A DNA stretch of 64,000 nucleotides from Nitrospirota bacterium (GTDB lineage: Bacteria > Nitrospirota > Thermodesulfovibrionia > Thermodesulfovibrionales > Dissulfurispiraceae), in the NCBI GenBank assembly GCA_963790025.1, contig CAWBMP010000004.1, positions 1,664,001 to 1,728,000 of the forward strand, read 5' to 3'. Numbering within the stretch: position 1 is the first letter of the stretch; the number at the start of each line of letters is the position of its first letter. Of the stretch, positions 31,497 through 43,632 are shown one piece after another. The notes under the pieces were generated by a model, which ran no database searches, was not told where the DNA came from, and saw nothing but the letters and a program-made list of their open reading frames with translations. Both the position numbers and the translations under genes were made by a program.

Positions 31497-31527
31497 TTGA
31501 CAGAGTTCAGGTAAGAGATGCTATAAT
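31497..31527 (+). promoter_or_regulatory. Promoter of acs-3 (extended -10)
   Basis: TTGACA-19-TATAAT with a TG extension (TGcTATAAT). Confidence 0.55.
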
Positions 31528-31671
31528 CGTAAAATTTACCCCAAAAAACCTTTATAACAGCGATAGTTATACTGTGATAAGCAAACGTTATAGGTATTGG
31601 GATATGAATATCGAGACAATAAGAATGCCCATTTTGGGATGTCATAAAACAGTCACGAGGAGGGAGCAGTA

Positions 31672-33648
31672 ATGTCTAAAGACAGCATCGAAGTAATGTC
31701 TACAGAAAACAGAACGTTTCCACCATCACCTGAATTCAGCAAAAAAGCTCATATCAAGAGCATCGAGGAGTATGAGAAGATCTATAAGAGATCGGTGGAC
31801 GACACCGAAGGGTTTTGGGGTGAAATGGCTGAAAAGCAGCTTACCTGGTACAAGAAATGGGATAAGGTGCTTGATTGGACTTTCGAGGGTAAGCCTGAAA
31901 TAAAGTGGTTCAGCGGCGGCAAATTGAATGTATCGTACAATTGCCTTGACAGGTTTGTTAACACCGCTACCAGGAACAAGGCAGCGCTCATATGGGAAGC
32001 TGACGGCGGCGAATATAAAACCTTTACCTATCAGCAGCTCTATACGGAGGTCAACAGGTTCGCTAATGTCCTCAAAAAACACGGATTAAAAAAGGGCGAC
32101 AGAGTTACAATTTACCTCCCCATGATCCCGGAACTTGCCATCTCAATGCTTGCATGTTCGAGGATCGGAGTAATACACAGCATAGTATTCGGCGGTTTCA
32201 GCGCCCAGGCATTAATGGACAGGATACAGGATGCAGGATCCAAACTGGCCATAACATGTGACCAGAGCGTCAGGGGAAGCAAATTGATACCCTTGAAAGG
32301 CAATATGGATAATGCCTTAGAGGAATGCCCGACAGTCGAAAAACTGATTGTTGTAAAAAGGGGAGATGGCAACGTCAATATAAAGGCAGGCAGGGACCTC
32401 TGGTGGCACGATGAAATGAAGGCCGATGACGTAAGGGGCTACTGCAAGCCTGAAGAGATGGATGCGGAAGATCCGCTATTTATCCTGTATACTTCCGGCT
32501 CAACCGGAAAGCCGAAAGGCGTGCTTCATACAACAGGCGGATATCTGCTGTATACTAACCTGACGTTCAAGTGGATATTCGATTACCATGAAGAGGACAT
32601 TCATTTCTGTACAGCTGACATAGGCTGGGTTACAGGGCACAGTTATATTGTATACGGACCGTTGAGCAATGGCGCAACAAGCCTTATGTTCGAGGGTGTT
32701 CCTTCGTACCCGAATGCAGGCCGGTTCTGGGATATTTGCGAGAAGCACAAGGTAAATATCTTTTACACCGCGCCTACCGCTATCAGGGCGCTTATGAAAG
32801 AGGGCGAAAGCTGGCCCGCGAAATATGACCTGTCGTCTTTAAAGGTGCTGGGAAGCGTCGGAGAACCGATCAATCCCGAGGCATGGATGTGGTATTTCAA
32901 GAATATCGGCGGCAGCAAGCTTCCGATTGTAGATACGTGGTGGCAGACCGAGACCGGAGGTATCCTTATAACGCCGCTCCCGGGTGCAATGACACTGAAG
33001 CCCGGTTCCGCTACCAGGCCTTTCCCCGGAGTTGTACCGGCTGTCCTTAACGAAAAAGGCGCTCCTGCAGGACCTAATGAAGGCGGCAGCCTTGTTATCC
33101 TGAAACCATGGCCCGGCATGTTGAGGGGCACTTATGGAGACCCTGAAAACAAGCGGGTTAAAGAGGTTTATTACTCAATGTTCCCCGGCAAGTATTTCAC
33201 CGGTGACGGAGCGCGCTTTGATAAAGAAGGCGATTACTGGCTGATGGGAAGGATTGATGATGTTATCAATATTTCGGGACACAGGCTCGGTACGGCTGAA
33301 GTCGAATCAGCCCTGGTAGCTCACGAGGCAGTTGCCGAGGCCGCTGTTGTTGGATACCCCCATGATATTAAAGGTGAGGGGATTTATGTGTATGTTACGT
33401 TGAAGGATGGGTTTGCGCCTTCTGACGACCTTAAGAAAAAACTTGTCGGACACGTGCGGACAGTTATCGGTCCGATAGCAAGTCCGGACAAGTTGCAGTT
33501 TTCTCCCGGCCTGCCCAAGACCAGGAGCGGCAAGATCATGAGAAGGATCCTCAGAAAGATTGCGAGCGGCGAAATAGATGCTCTCGGGGATACCTCGACG
33601 CTTGCCGATCCTACAGTTGTCGAAGATCTTCTCAAAGGAAGACTTTAA
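31672..33648 (+). CDS. acs: Acetyl-CoA synthetase (copy 3)
   Basis: Canonical [22 protein letters not shown] and [11 protein letters not shown]; tandem paralogue of copy 2. Confidence 0.95.
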   Translation: MSKDSIEVMSTENRTFPPSPEFSKKAHIKSIEEYEKIYKRSVDDTEGFWGEMAEKQLTWYKKWDKVLDWTFEGKPEIKWFSGGKLNVSYNCLDRFVNTATRNKAALIWEADGGEYKTFTYQQLYTEVNRFANVLKKHGLKKGDRVTIYLPMIPELAISMLACSRIGVIHSIVFGGFSAQALMDRIQDAGSKLAITCDQSVRGSKLIPLKGNMDNALEECPTVEKLIVVKRGDGNVNIKAGRDLWWHDEMKADDVRGYCKPEEMDAEDPLFILYTSGSTGKPKGVLHTTGGYLLYTNLTFKWIFDYHEEDIHFCTADIGWVTGHSYIVYGPLSNGATSLMFEGVPSYPNAGRFWDICEKHKVNIFYTAPTAIRALMKEGESWPAKYDLSSLKVLGSVGEPINPEAWMWYFKNIGGSKLPIVDTWWQTETGGILITPLPGAMTLKPGSATRPFPGVVPAVLNEKGAPAGPNEGGSLVILKPWPGMLRGTYGDPENKRVKEVYYSMFPGKYFTGDGARFDKEGDYWLMGRIDDVINISGHRLGTAEVESALVAHEAVAEAAVVGYPHDIKGEGIYVYVTLKDGFAPSDDLKKKLVGHVRTVIGPIASPDKLQFSPGLPKTRSGKIMRRILRKIASGEIDALGDTSTLADPTVVEDLLKGRL

Positions 33649-33662
33649 GATCAAATTATTTT

Positions 33663-33692
33663 AAAAAAGGCGGGGGTGACCCCGCCTTTTTT
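33663..33692. terminator. Bidirectional intrinsic terminator
   Basis: AAAAAAGGCGGGG-GTGA-CCCCGCCTTTTTT. Confidence 0.88.
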
Positions 33693-33942
33693 ATCAATGC
33701 GTATATTGACAATACCTGCATTTCTGCTATAAAGTAACCAAATATTAGTAAGCACTTACATCGAATGAGATGTGATTATTCAGTACAGTGTAACCTTTCA
33801 ATACATGTGTGCGACTGAATAACCGTATCCATTTAATTCCCCATCGCCTCTTTGAGTCGCAGAGCTCTATGGTTTTCAAAAAAAAATCTGTGATTTCCGC
33901 GATCCTGAATAGAGGGCCGGGGTTGATAACGGAGGAGAATTA

Positions 33943-35112
33943 ATGGCAAGTTCAATGTCCCGGCTCCGGTGGATCTGGCTCCTGTTGGCCTCTTTTCTGG
34001 TCATCGGCGTATATATCTTTTTGCACAAAGGAGGGAAAGCACAATCCGGCGCGGACAAGCAGGCGCTTTCTGCTGCTGCCCGGGGTGTGCCGATTGCGGA
34101 AGAGGCGGCCAGGAAAGGCGATGTCGGCGTTTATCTCACCGGCCTGGGTGCTGTTACTTCGCTTAATACTGTTACGGTAAAGAGCCGGGTCGATGGAGAG
34201 ATGATAAAGGTCTTATATCGCGAAGGGCAGATCGTCAAAGAAGGCGATATGTTGGCCGAAATCGACCCCAGGCCCTTTGACATACTTTTGACTCAGGCTG
34301 AGGGGCAGATGATTCGTGACCAGGCATTGCTAAAAGATGCCCGGCTTGATTTGCAGCGATACCAGACGCTGGCAGCGCAGGACTCAATTGCCAGGCAGCA
34401 ACTGGATACCCAGGAATATCTTGTGCATCAATATGAAGGGGCTGTTAAAATCGACCAGGGCAATATAGATAACGCCAAACTACAGTTGACATATTCCCGT
34501 ATAACCTCGCCGCTGAGCGGCAGGATCGGGTTGCGCCTCATTGATCCCGGCAATATCGTTCATGCGACGGACACAAATGGGATAGCGGTGATTACCCAGC
34601 TTCAGCCCATCGCGGTCATCTTCCCAATACCCGAGGATAATCTTTCGCAGGTGCTGGGCAAACTCAAAAGCGGCGCACGTCTGACTGTGGAGGCTTTTGA
34701 CAGGGAGCAAAAGCAGAAGCTCGCTACCGGATACTTGCTCACAATTGATAACCAGATCGATCCCACGACGGGCACTGTGAAGTTCAAGGCAGTGTTCCCG
34801 AATAAAAACAACGAACTTTTCCCAAACCAGTTTGTAAATGCACGCCTGCTTGTTGAGGTGGAGCACGGCGCGGTTATCGTGCCGGCATCGGCTATTCAAC
34901 GGGGTCCCAAAGGCACGTTTGTCTACGTTGTAAAGTCTGACCACACTGTTGTGGTTCGTCCGGTAAGCGTCGGAGTCGCCCAAAACGGGGACATATCAAT
35001 TGAGTCCGGATTGACAGCCGGAGAGCTTGTTGTGGTGGATGGCGCCGAAAGACTGCGTGATGGCAGCAAAGTGGAATTACGGGGCAAAAAAGAAAAGAAT
35101 AAAAAAGGTTAA
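33943..35112 (+). CDS. mdtA: RND membrane-fusion protein, MdtA-like
   Basis: N-terminal TM, TV.SRVDG, IDPRP, IDNQID.TTGT and LFPNQFVN. Confidence 0.9.
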   Translation: MASSMSRLRWIWLLLASFLVIGVYIFLHKGGKAQSGADKQALSAAARGVPIAEEAARKGDVGVYLTGLGAVTSLNTVTVKSRVDGEMIKVLYREGQIVKEGDMLAEIDPRPFDILLTQAEGQMIRDQALLKDARLDLQRYQTLAAQDSIARQQLDTQEYLVHQYEGAVKIDQGNIDNAKLQLTYSRITSPLSGRIGLRLIDPGNIVHATDTNGIAVITQLQPIAVIFPIPEDNLSQVLGKLKSGARLTVEAFDREQKQKLATGYLLTIDNQIDPTTGTVKFKAVFPNKNNELFPNQFVNARLLVEVEHGAVIVPASAIQRGPKGTFVYVVKSDHTVVVRPVSVGVAQNGDISIESGLTAGELVVVDGAERLRDGSKVELRGKKEKNKKG

Positions 35113-35121
35113 TTCTGTCCT

Positions 35122-38100
35122 ATGAATCTGTCCCGACTCTTCATTATGCGTCCGATCGCAACTACGCTGCTCATGGTAGCCATTGTTCTGGCCGGAGCCG
35201 TAGCCTATCGGCAGCTGCCGGTATCGGCTCTGCCGCAGGTTGATTATCCGACTATACAGATCCGTACTTTTTACCCTGGCGCAAGCCCTGATGTGATGGC
35301 CTCTTCGGTGACCGCTCCGTTGGAACGGCAGTTCGGCCAGATGCCGGGACTTACGCAAATGACATCGGCAAGTTCGGGCGGCAGCTCGGTTATCACGCTG
35401 CAATTCAGTCTCGAACTGAGTCTGGATGTTGCCGAGCAGGAGGTGCAGGCAGCTATCAATGCCGCATCCACGTTCCTGCCTGCAGACCTTCCGAACCCTC
35501 CGGTCTACAGCAAGGTGAACCCTGCGGATGCCCCTGTTCTTATATTGGCGCTTACCTCGGATACGATGCAGCTACCGAAAATAGAAGACCTCGCCGATAC
35601 CCGGTTTGCACAAAAGATATCCCAACTGGCAGGAGTGGGACTGGTCAGTATCAGCGGAGGACAGCGGCCTGCCATACGGATTGAAGCCAATCCGACGGCG
35701 CTGGCGGCTTATGGCCTCACACTCGAAGATCTGCGCACGGGCATTGTTGCTGCTAATGTCAACCAGGCGAAAGGGGGCTTTGACGGACCGAAACAATCGT
35801 ACGTTATAGGCGCCAATGACCAGCTCTTGACGAGCGGCGGCTATACGTCGCTTGTTATTGCTTATCGAAACGGAGCTCCTGTGTACCTGTCTGACGTGGC
35901 TACGTCAACCGATGATGCCGAGAATATTAATCAGGCCGCATGGATGAACACTTCCCCCGCGGTCATCGTTAATATCCAGCGGCAACCCGGAGCCAATGTG
36001 ATTGAGGTTGTCAACCGGATAAAGAAGCTGCTGCCGCAATTGCAAAGCTCTTTGCCTCCTGCCATAAAGGTGTCAGTGCTGACCGACCGCACGACCACTA
36101 TCCGCGAATCGGTTGCGGACGTGCAGTACGAACTGATGCTGGCGGTCATACTTGTAGTACTCGTGATTTTCCTGTTTCTCCGCAACCTGTCAGCGACTAC
36201 CATACCGAGTGTTGCCGTGCCGTTGTCTCTTGTTGGAACTTTTGGTGTGATGTACCTGCTGGGATTCAGCCTTAACAACCTGTCGCTAATGGCCCTTACC
36301 ATATCAACCGGTTTTGTTGTCGATGATGCCATCGTTATGATCGAGAATATAGCCCGCTACGTCGAAGCGGGGGAAACGCCGCTCGAGGCTGCACTCAAGG
36401 GGGCACAACAGATAGGGTTCACCATTCTCTCCCTTACGGTTTCTCTCATTGCAGTGCTCATTCCACTTCTTTTCATGGGCGACGTCGTGGGGCGTTTGTT
36501 CCGCGAGTTCGCCGTGACGCTGGGGGTCACTATCCTCATATCGGCTGTTGTTTCTCTTACGCTTACTCCCATGATGTGCGCGCGAATACTCAAGCATGTG
36601 CCCGAGGAGAGGCAAGGAAGGTTTTATCACATGTCGGGGCAACTGTTCGAGAAGATCATCGCTGCTTACGGTCGAACGCTGAAATGGGTCCTTAAGCACC
36701 AGACAGCGACGCTTGTTGTTGCGGTAGCAACCCTGGTCCTGACAGTTTTGCTATACATAATAGTGCCCAAAGGATTTTTCCCTGTTCAGGATACCGGGGC
36801 CATACAGGGTATTTCCGAAGCTCCGCAATCCGTGTCGTTCCCCGCAATGGCAGAACGACAGCAAGAGCTCTCAAAAGTAATCCTTAAAGACCCGGCAGTA
36901 GAAAGTCTCTCCACGTTCATAGGGGTGGACGGTACTAATACTTCACTCAATACAGGGCGAATTCTAATCAACCTTAAATCTCTGGAAAAGCGAAAAGCGA
37001 CGGCAAGCGAAGTTATCCGTCGACTCCAGCCCGAATTGGCGAAGGTCGAAGGGATTACGCTATTTATGCAGCCGGTGCAGGATTTAACGGTCAATGCGAC
37101 TGTCAGCCGTACGCAGTTTCAGTATACCCTGGATGATCCCAATGCAGATGAGTTGAATAGTTGGGCGCCTAGGCTGGGGGATACACTCCGCACAAGTCCC
37201 GAACTGCGTGACGTGAGCACTGATCAGCAGGACAGAGGGCTCAGGGTTGCGCTCTCAATCGATCGTAGCACTGCTTCACGTTTTGGAGTAACCCCTCAGC
37301 TCATAGATAACACGCTTTACGATGCCTTTGGGCAGCGTCAGGTCTCCACGATTTTCACGGAATTGAACCAGTATCGTGTCGTTTTGGGTGTCAAGCCGGA
37401 TTTCCTGCAGGGTCCGGACGGCCTCCAATCTATTTACCTGCGTAGTACTGCCGGAGGTCAGGTGCCGCTCGGCGCAGTCACCCGGGTATCGGAAACAACC
37501 GGACCGCTTGTGATCAACAGGCAGGGGCAGTTCCCTGTTGTAACCACTTCCTTCAACCTGGCGCCTGGAGTGGCGTTGGGGAAGGCTGTAGAGGTTGTCG
37601 AGAATGCCACTCAGAAATTAGGGCTTCCCGCAAGTATAAAGGGCAGTTTTCAGGGGACGGCACAGGCTTTCCAGGCGTCTCTCACCAATGAACCGCTTCT
37701 TATACTTGCGGCCCTTGTTACCGTCTACATCGTATTAGGGGTGTTGTACGAGAGTTTCATTCATCCTGTCACTATACTCTCTACCCTCCCATCCGCCGGT
37801 GTCGGAGCTGTCCTATCGCTGATGATCTTCGGTGCGGAGCTGGATGTTATTGCGATTATCGGCATCATCCTTCTGATCGGTATCGTGAAGAAAAACGGCA
37901 TCATGATGGTCGACTTTGCCCTGGATGCCGAGCGCAAAGAGGGCAAGGCTCCGGAGGAGGCGATCTACCAGGCGTGCCTCCTCAGGTTCAGGCCGATTAT
38001 GATGACTACTATGGCTGCTCTCTTGGGCGCCCTGCCCCTTGCGCTGGGACACGGGATGGGGTCCGAGCTGCGCCGTCCTCTTGGCATCTCAATCGTTGGT

Positions 38101-38247
38101 GGGCTCATTTTCAGCCAAGTACTCACTCTCTATACAACACCGGTAATCTATCTTGCATTCGACAGGCTGGCCAGGCGCAGGAGGAGCGGAAAACCAGAAG
38201 ATCCAGCAGGTTCCCAAGGCAGCGGGAACAACCATAATACTGCATGA
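35122..38247 (+). CDS. mdtB: RND permease MdtB
   Basis: [27 protein letters not shown] and GFFPVQDTG. Confidence 0.92.
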   Translation: MNLSRLFIMRPIATTLLMVAIVLAGAVAYRQLPVSALPQVDYPTIQIRTFYPGASPDVMASSVTAPLERQFGQMPGLTQMTSASSGGSSVITLQFSLELSLDVAEQEVQAAINAASTFLPADLPNPPVYSKVNPADAPVLILALTSDTMQLPKIEDLADTRFAQKISQLAGVGLVSISGGQRPAIRIEANPTALAAYGLTLEDLRTGIVAANVNQAKGGFDGPKQSYVIGANDQLLTSGGYTSLVIAYRNGAPVYLSDVATSTDDAENINQAAWMNTSPAVIVNIQRQPGANVIEVVNRIKKLLPQLQSSLPPAIKVSVLTDRTTTIRESVADVQYELMLAVILVVLVIFLFLRNLSATTIPSVAVPLSLVGTFGVMYLLGFSLNNLSLMALTISTGFVVDDAIVMIENIARYVEAGETPLEAALKGAQQIGFTILSLTVSLIAVLIPLLFMGDVVGRLFREFAVTLGVTILISAVVSLTLTPMMCARILKHVPEERQGRFYHMSGQLFEKIIAAYGRTLKWVLKHQTATLVVAVATLVLTVLLYIIVPKGFFPVQDTGAIQGISEAPQSVSFPAMAERQQELSKVILKDPAVESLSTFIGVDGTNTSLNTGRILINLKSLEKRKATASEVIRRLQPELAKVEGITLFMQPVQDLTVNATVSRTQFQYTLDDPNADELNSWAPRLGDTLRTSPELRDVSTDQQDRGLRVALSIDRSTASRFGVTPQLIDNTLYDAFGQRQVSTIFTELNQYRVVLGVKPDFLQGPDGLQSIYLRSTAGGQVPLGAVTRVSETTGPLVINRQGQFPVVTTSFNLAPGVALGKAVEVVENATQKLGLPASIKGSFQGTAQAFQASLTNEPLLILAALVTVYIVLGVLYESFIHPVTILSTLPSAGVGAVLSLMIFGAELDVIAIIGIILLIGIVKKNGIMMVDFALDAERKEGKAPEEAIYQACLLRFRPIMMTTMAALLGALPLALGHGMGSELRRPLGISIVGGLIFSQVLTLYTTPVIYLAFDRLARRRRSGKPEDPAGSQGSGNNHNTA

Positions 38248-41200
38248 ACGTTTCGGAAGTTTTCATCAAGAGGCCCGTAGCGACTTCGCTCCTCACATTC
38301 GGAATTGTCCTCGCCGGAGTGATCGCTTTCCGCCAGCTTCCGGTATCTCCTCTGCCACAGGTAGATTTCCCGACAATATCGGTTTCGGCAAGCCTGCCTG
38401 GGGCTGACCCCGAAACCATGGCTACATCGGTCGCCGCGCCGCTCGAACGTCAGTTGGGGCATATAGCCGGAGTGACCGAGATGACGTCTGTCAATAATCG
38501 CGGGGCAACGAGCATAACGATGCAGTTTGATCTGGACCGGAACATAGACGGTGCAGCGCGCGATGTTCAGGCAGCTATAAATGCAGCGCGGGGATACCTT
38601 CCTCCGAATCTCCCGAGCAACCCGACATACCGGAAAGTGAATCCATCCGACGCGCCTATTCTCATAATCGCCCTTACCTCTGAGACGTTGACAAGGGCCC
38701 AGATGTATGATGCGGCCTCTTCCATCATGGCGCAAAAACTGGCGCAGGTAAAGGGTGTGGGACAGGTGTTTGTGGGAGGGAGCTCGCTTCCGGCTGTCCG
38801 CGTAGAATTGAACCCCATGGCTCTCAGCAAATACGGGATCAGCCTCGAAACCGTGCGCGGCGTTCTGTCCAGTACTAATGCGAACAGACCGAAGGGGGAA
38901 CTGGCAAAGGGTGACAAAAGGTGGGAGATCCAGACCAATGACCAGCTTTTTACCGCCAAAGAATACGAGCCCGCGATTATAACTTACAAGGCTGGGGCGG
39001 CTGTTCGGCTGCCTGACATCGCTTGGGTGCAGGATTCAGTTGAGGACATTCGTGCTGCAGGGTATGTCAACGGCAAACCTTCTGTCTTTCTTGTCATCTT
39101 CCGTCAGCCTGGGGCGAATATTATCCAGACAGTCGACAATGTTCGCAGTCTGCTTCCGCAGTTGCAGGCCGCCATCCCAGGGTCGATCGACCTGTCGACT
39201 GTCGTAGATCGCACCCCGCCCATAAGGGGATCATTGCTGAATGTCGAGGAGTCGCTCATAGCCTCGGGCATTCTTGTCATATTGGTTGTATTTTGGTTCC
39301 TTAGGAATGTCAGGGCCACATTAATCCCTGCTGTCGCTATATTGGTGTCTATTGTCGGGACTTTTGCCGTTATGTATCTGTTCGGTTACTCTCTGGATAA
39401 TCTTTCTTTGATGGCGCTCACTATTGCGACCGGATTTGTTGTTGATGACGCTATAGTCGTTCTTGAAAACATTACGCGATACATGGAAAAAGGGGAGTCC
39501 CCGCTTCAGGCTGCGTTTTCAGGCACTAAAGAGATCGCCTTTACCGTCCTGTCAATGAGCGTTTCGCTGGTTGCAGTGTTTATCCCTATCCTGCTTATGG
39601 GCGGCATGGTTGGCCGCCTTTTCCGCGAGTTTGCAGTGACGCTTTCCGCAGCAGTCATGGTCTCGCTTGTAATATCATTGTCCGCAACTCCGATGATGTG
39701 CGCTGTGCTGCTCAAGCCCGAAGAGCCACGCGTTCATGGAGCTTTCTATCGTATCAGCGAACGGATTTTCAACTGGATGCATTCGCATTATGAGCACAGT
39801 CTCGCCTGGGCCCTTCGGTATTCCCGCTTCATGATTATATTAATGTTATTGACAGTATTGACAAGTATTGCTTTGTTTATTGTTGTTCCAAAAGGTTTTT
39901 TCCCCGAGCAGGACAGCGGGCGTCTTTCAGGAGGCGTCCAGGCTGACCAGCATATATCGTTTCAGGCGATGGAGCAGAAGCTGATCCAAATAGTTAATAT
40001 AATCAAAAAAGATCCGGAAGTGGTATATGTGACAGGGTTTACCGGTGGCGGCGGCTCTACTACAAATACCGCGCGCATGTTCATAACATTGCAACCGTTC
40101 GCAAAGAGGAAGGCGACCGCTATGGAGGTGATTGCCAGGCTACGCAAGAAACTGGCAATGGTGGCCGGCGCCCCCACATTTCTCGCCCCTGTGCAGGACC
40201 TGCGTATTGGGGGCAGGATAGGCAACGCATTATATCAATATACCCTTATGGGAGATAACGTAACAGAACTGAACATGTGGGGCCAGCGCGTACTGCAGAA
40301 GATGCGCACCTTGCCCCAACTTACCGATGTGAACAGTGATCAGCAGGACAAGGGGCTGCAGGCAACGCTTGTTATAGACCGGAATACCGCTTCACGGCTG
40401 GGGGTCACTCCGCAGCTTCTCGATAACACCCTGTACGATGCCTTCGGCCAGGAGCAGGTATCTGTCATGTACACCCTCTTGAACCAATACCATGTTGTAA
40501 TGGAGGTCGAACCCCGTTTCTGGCAGAGCCCTGAAACGCTGAGAGATATTTATGTATCCACATCCAGCGGTTCACAGGTGCCTTTGAGCGCATTCACTCA
40601 TTACGAACCCACTGCCACAGCGCTTGCAGTTAACCACCAGGGCCAATTTCCTGCAACAACGATATCATTTAATCTGGCACCCGGGGTGTCGCTTGGCGAT
40701 GCAGTTAAACTGATCGAAAATAATATGCGGCAGATGGGGTTGCCGGCGAATATCCGGGGCAATTTTGCAGGAACAGCCCAGGCCTTCCAGGCTTCTCTTG
40801 CAAATGAACCGTTTCTTATTATGGCTGCACTCGTGACGGTCTATATTGTATTGGGAGTTTTATATGAAAGCTATGTCCATCCGATCACTATCCTTTCCAC
40901 CCTGCCTTCTGCGGGGGTGGGGGCGGTGCTCGCAATGCTAATCTCCGGTACGGAGCTTAACATCATAGCGCTGATAGGAATCGTCTTGCTTATAGGAATA
41001 GTAAAGAAGAACGGCATTATGATGATAGACTTTGCCCTGGTGGCTGAGCGTAAAGAGGGGAAGAGTCCGGAAGAAGCTATCTATCAGGCCTGCCTGTTGA
41101 GGTTCCGGCCGATAATGATGACAACAATGGCTGCTCTCCTGGGGGCGTTGCCGCTGGCAGTGGGTGCAGGGGTAGGATCCGAAATGCGCCGTCCGCTCGG

Positions 41201-41339
41201 CATCTCTATTGTGGGCGGTCTCATCTTCAGCCAAATGCTCACACTCTATACTACGCCGGTTGTATACCTCTATCTTGACCGCTTCAGGTTATGGTTTGAA
41301 GGGGTAAAAGCAGGCAGAAGGCAAATGACCAGAGGCTAA
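38244..41339 (+). CDS. mdtC: RND permease MdtC
   Basis: [25 protein letters not shown] and GFFPEQD; ATGA overlap with mdtB. Confidence 0.92.
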   Translation: MNVSEVFIKRPVATSLLTFGIVLAGVIAFRQLPVSPLPQVDFPTISVSASLPGADPETMATSVAAPLERQLGHIAGVTEMTSVNNRGATSITMQFDLDRNIDGAARDVQAAINAARGYLPPNLPSNPTYRKVNPSDAPILIIALTSETLTRAQMYDAASSIMAQKLAQVKGVGQVFVGGSSLPAVRVELNPMALSKYGISLETVRGVLSSTNANRPKGELAKGDKRWEIQTNDQLFTAKEYEPAIITYKAGAAVRLPDIAWVQDSVEDIRAAGYVNGKPSVFLVIFRQPGANIIQTVDNVRSLLPQLQAAIPGSIDLSTVVDRTPPIRGSLLNVEESLIASGILVILVVFWFLRNVRATLIPAVAILVSIVGTFAVMYLFGYSLDNLSLMALTIATGFVVDDAIVVLENITRYMEKGESPLQAAFSGTKEIAFTVLSMSVSLVAVFIPILLMGGMVGRLFREFAVTLSAAVMVSLVISLSATPMMCAVLLKPEEPRVHGAFYRISERIFNWMHSHYEHSLAWALRYSRFMIILMLLTVLTSIALFIVVPKGFFPEQDSGRLSGGVQADQHISFQAMEQKLIQIVNIIKKDPEVVYVTGFTGGGGSTTNTARMFITLQPFAKRKATAMEVIARLRKKLAMVAGAPTFLAPVQDLRIGGRIGNALYQYTLMGDNVTELNMWGQRVLQKMRTLPQLTDVNSDQQDKGLQATLVIDRNTASRLGVTPQLLDNTLYDAFGQEQVSVMYTLLNQYHVVMEVEPRFWQSPETLRDIYVSTSSGSQVPLSAFTHYEPTATALAVNHQGQFPATTISFNLAPGVSLGDAVKLIENNMRQMGLPANIRGNFAGTAQAFQASLANEPFLIMAALVTVYIVLGVLYESYVHPITILSTLPSAGVGAVLAMLISGTELNIIALIGIVLLIGIVKKNGIMMIDFALVAERKEGKSPEEAIYQACLLRFRPIMMTTMAALLGALPLAVGAGVGSEMRRPLGISIVGGLIFSQMLTLYTTPVVYLYLDRFRLWFEGVKAGRRQMTRG

Positions 41340-41377
41340 AGGCAAAGAAATACGAAAGAAAGGAAAGGACAACACTC

Positions 41378-42844
41378 ATGTTTCTACCAAAGCAAAAAAA
41401 ATTTACTGTGCTGATGAAAATTATGAAAAGCTGCTTACTGCCTTTAGCTCTTTTGACCGCCTGCACGGTCGGGCCCGATTATGTTAAGCCGACAACCGTA
41501 ACGCCGGCCACGTTCAAAGAATTGAAAGGTTGGAAAGTTGCGCAGCCTAGGGACACTGTTATCAAGGGCGCTTGGTGGGAGATGTTCAGCGACCCCCAGT
41601 TGAATGCACTCGAAGAGCAGGTGAATATCTCGAACCAGAATATAGCAGCAGCGGAAGCCCAGTTCCGCCAAGCGCGGGCACAGGTCCAGGCGGCACGGGC
41701 CGGCTATTACCCGACTGTTACGACTGCGCCCGCTGCCACGCGCTCGCGCAACTCATCTAATCTTGCAAAAGGTAGCAACATAGGTGGCGTGAGCACCAGC
41801 ACTTTCAATGACTTCACTCTGCCTGTCGATGCGACTTGGGAACCAGATGTGTGGGGCAGGGTGCGCCGTATTGTGGAAGCTAGTCAGGCTAATGCCCAGG
41901 CGAGTGCTGCGGATGTCGAGGCCGCCAGTTTAATCGCCCACGCCGAAGTGGCACAGGATTATTTTCAGTTGAGGGTGCTTGATTCGCAAAAACAGCTTTT
42001 GGACACGACAGTGGATATTTATCAAAAATTCCTCGAACTGACAAAGAACAGGTACGCGGGTGGCGTGGCGGCCAGGTCAGATGTGCTTGTGGCGGAAACC
42101 CAGCTTAAAACTGCTCAGGCCCAGGCTATCGATGTAGGCGTTCAGCGCGCACAATTCGAACATGCGATCGCAGTGCTTATAGGAAAACCTGCCTCGGATT
42201 TCAGCATTGAGGCATCGCCCCTGGCGCACGCAGTCGTCCCTCCGGCCATTCCTGCAGGTGTGCCGTCGGAACTTCTCGAACGAAGGCCGGACATTGCTTC
42301 TGCCGAAAGGCTTGTGGCTGCCGCAAATGCACAAATAGGAGTGGCCCAGGCGGCTTTTTATCCCAATATTACTCTCAGCGCAGCCGGCGGATTGCAGTCT
42401 TCCACCATCTCTAATTGGTTTACTTGGCCGAGTCGTTTTTGGGCGATCGGGACGACACTCTCGGAGACCTTATTCGACGCAGGGTTAAGGAGTGCGCTCA
42501 CTGACGAAGCCCGTGCAGCTTATGACGCGAGTGTAGCGACATACCGCCAGACAGTGCTCGCGGCATTTCAGGATGTAGAAGATAATCTGGCTGCGCTCCG
42601 CATCCTGGAGCAGGAGGCCCGGGTGCAGGGTGAAGCTGTGAAGGCCGCGCAGCAATCCGTTACAGTGTTTAGAAATCAGTATAAAGCCGGAACGGCCAGC
42701 GCTCTCGATGTGATAGTAGTTCAGGCCACAGAGTTGGCTAGCGAAAGGACCGAGATTACCTTGCTCGGCAGCCGGATGACAGCAGGCGTGCTTCTTATCA
42801 AAGCATTGGGAGGCGGATGGAACGCGGCGGAACTGCAACCGTGA
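41378..42844 (+). CDS. NodT/OprM-family outer-membrane efflux lipoprotein (true start probably slightly downstream)
   Basis: Lipobox LTAC-TVGPDY, PSELLERRPDI and LIKALGGGW. Confidence 0.92.
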   Translation: MFLPKQKKFTVLMKIMKSCLLPLALLTACTVGPDYVKPTTVTPATFKELKGWKVAQPRDTVIKGAWWEMFSDPQLNALEEQVNISNQNIAAAEAQFRQARAQVQAARAGYYPTVTTAPAATRSRNSSNLAKGSNIGGVSTSTFNDFTLPVDATWEPDVWGRVRRIVEASQANAQASAADVEAASLIAHAEVAQDYFQLRVLDSQKQLLDTTVDIYQKFLELTKNRYAGGVAARSDVLVAETQLKTAQAQAIDVGVQRAQFEHAIAVLIGKPASDFSIEASPLAHAVVPPAIPAGVPSELLERRPDIASAERLVAAANAQIGVAQAAFYPNITLSAAGGLQSSTISNWFTWPSRFWAIGTTLSETLFDAGLRSALTDEARAAYDASVATYRQTVLAAFQDVEDNLAALRILEQEARVQGEAVKAAQQSVTVFRNQYKAGTASALDVIVVQATELASERTEITLLGSRMTAGVLLIKALGGGWNAAELQP

Positions 42845-42882
42845 GCGCCCCTTCGCGCACCACATTGCGGGCGGCCTTATCT

Positions 42883-43428
42883 TCAAGAAACTGAACGATT
42901 CTCTCTGAGAATGTCCTCCTTGCTTGCATAGCGATCTTTTTTCTTCAAAAGCAGCCACGACTTCCCGTTCCTTTCCGTTTTTACCAGTGCGAATTCACCC
43001 TGAAGCTTTTCTCCGGCGAGGACAAACTTCATATTCCCTTTTCTTAATCCGTCCAGAAGAAGCCTCTCACTTTCTTTTCTATCTTCTGCCGAAGGGTGAT
43101 GATAAAAGCCCCTGTCCCAGATGATCACGCTTCCTGCACCGTAATTGCCCTCCGGGATGACCCCTTCAAAATCTTTGTAATCAAACGGATGGTCTTCAAC
43201 CATTATTGCCAGTCTTTTTATGGAAGGGTCCAGCGAGGGCCCCTTCGGTACGGCCCAGCTCTTGAGGACCCCTTCCAGTTCAAGTCTGAGATCATAATGA
43301 AGGTTCCGGGCCGCATGCTTATGAACAATAAAAATGAGATGGTCTCCATTAGGGCGAAGCCCTGGTTTTGGTTCGGGCGTTTTCCCGGATTTCCGTTTGA
43401 GTTCGTAATCCTTTAATATGGAAGTCAT
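42883..43428 (-). pseudogene. ligD: LigD N-terminal 3'-phosphoesterase domain, ending abruptly with no ligase or polymerase domain
   Basis: Y..KR...TPEP, H.AR.LHYDLRLE..GVLKSWAVPKGPS, VEDHP.DY..FEG.IP.G.YGAG.V.IWD and WLL.K..D; stops at RSVS. Confidence 0.7.
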
Positions 43429-43429
43429 G

Positions 43430-43516
43430 TCATAGATATGGGAGCTTCTGTTCTTTCATGAGCACCTCTACATCCACAAAGTTGATACATCCTTTCCAGA
43501 TCGCTCTTCCAGCCAT
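43430..43516 (-). pseudogene. ku: Ku N-terminal remnant (28 aa)
   Basis: MAGRAIWKGCINFVDVEVLMK resembles the Ku start RAIWKG.I.FG.V..PVK; lies directly upstream of the LigD fragment. Confidence 0.65.
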
Positions 43517-43632
43517 TGAAATTTCCCTGCAGTTCTTTCCTATAAGAGAAGTATCGCATAAAATTTACCGGTGTCAAGTGTTAGGTGGTGGGTCAGGTTG
43601 ACAAATGGTGGAATCAATCCCAAAATTAAAAT

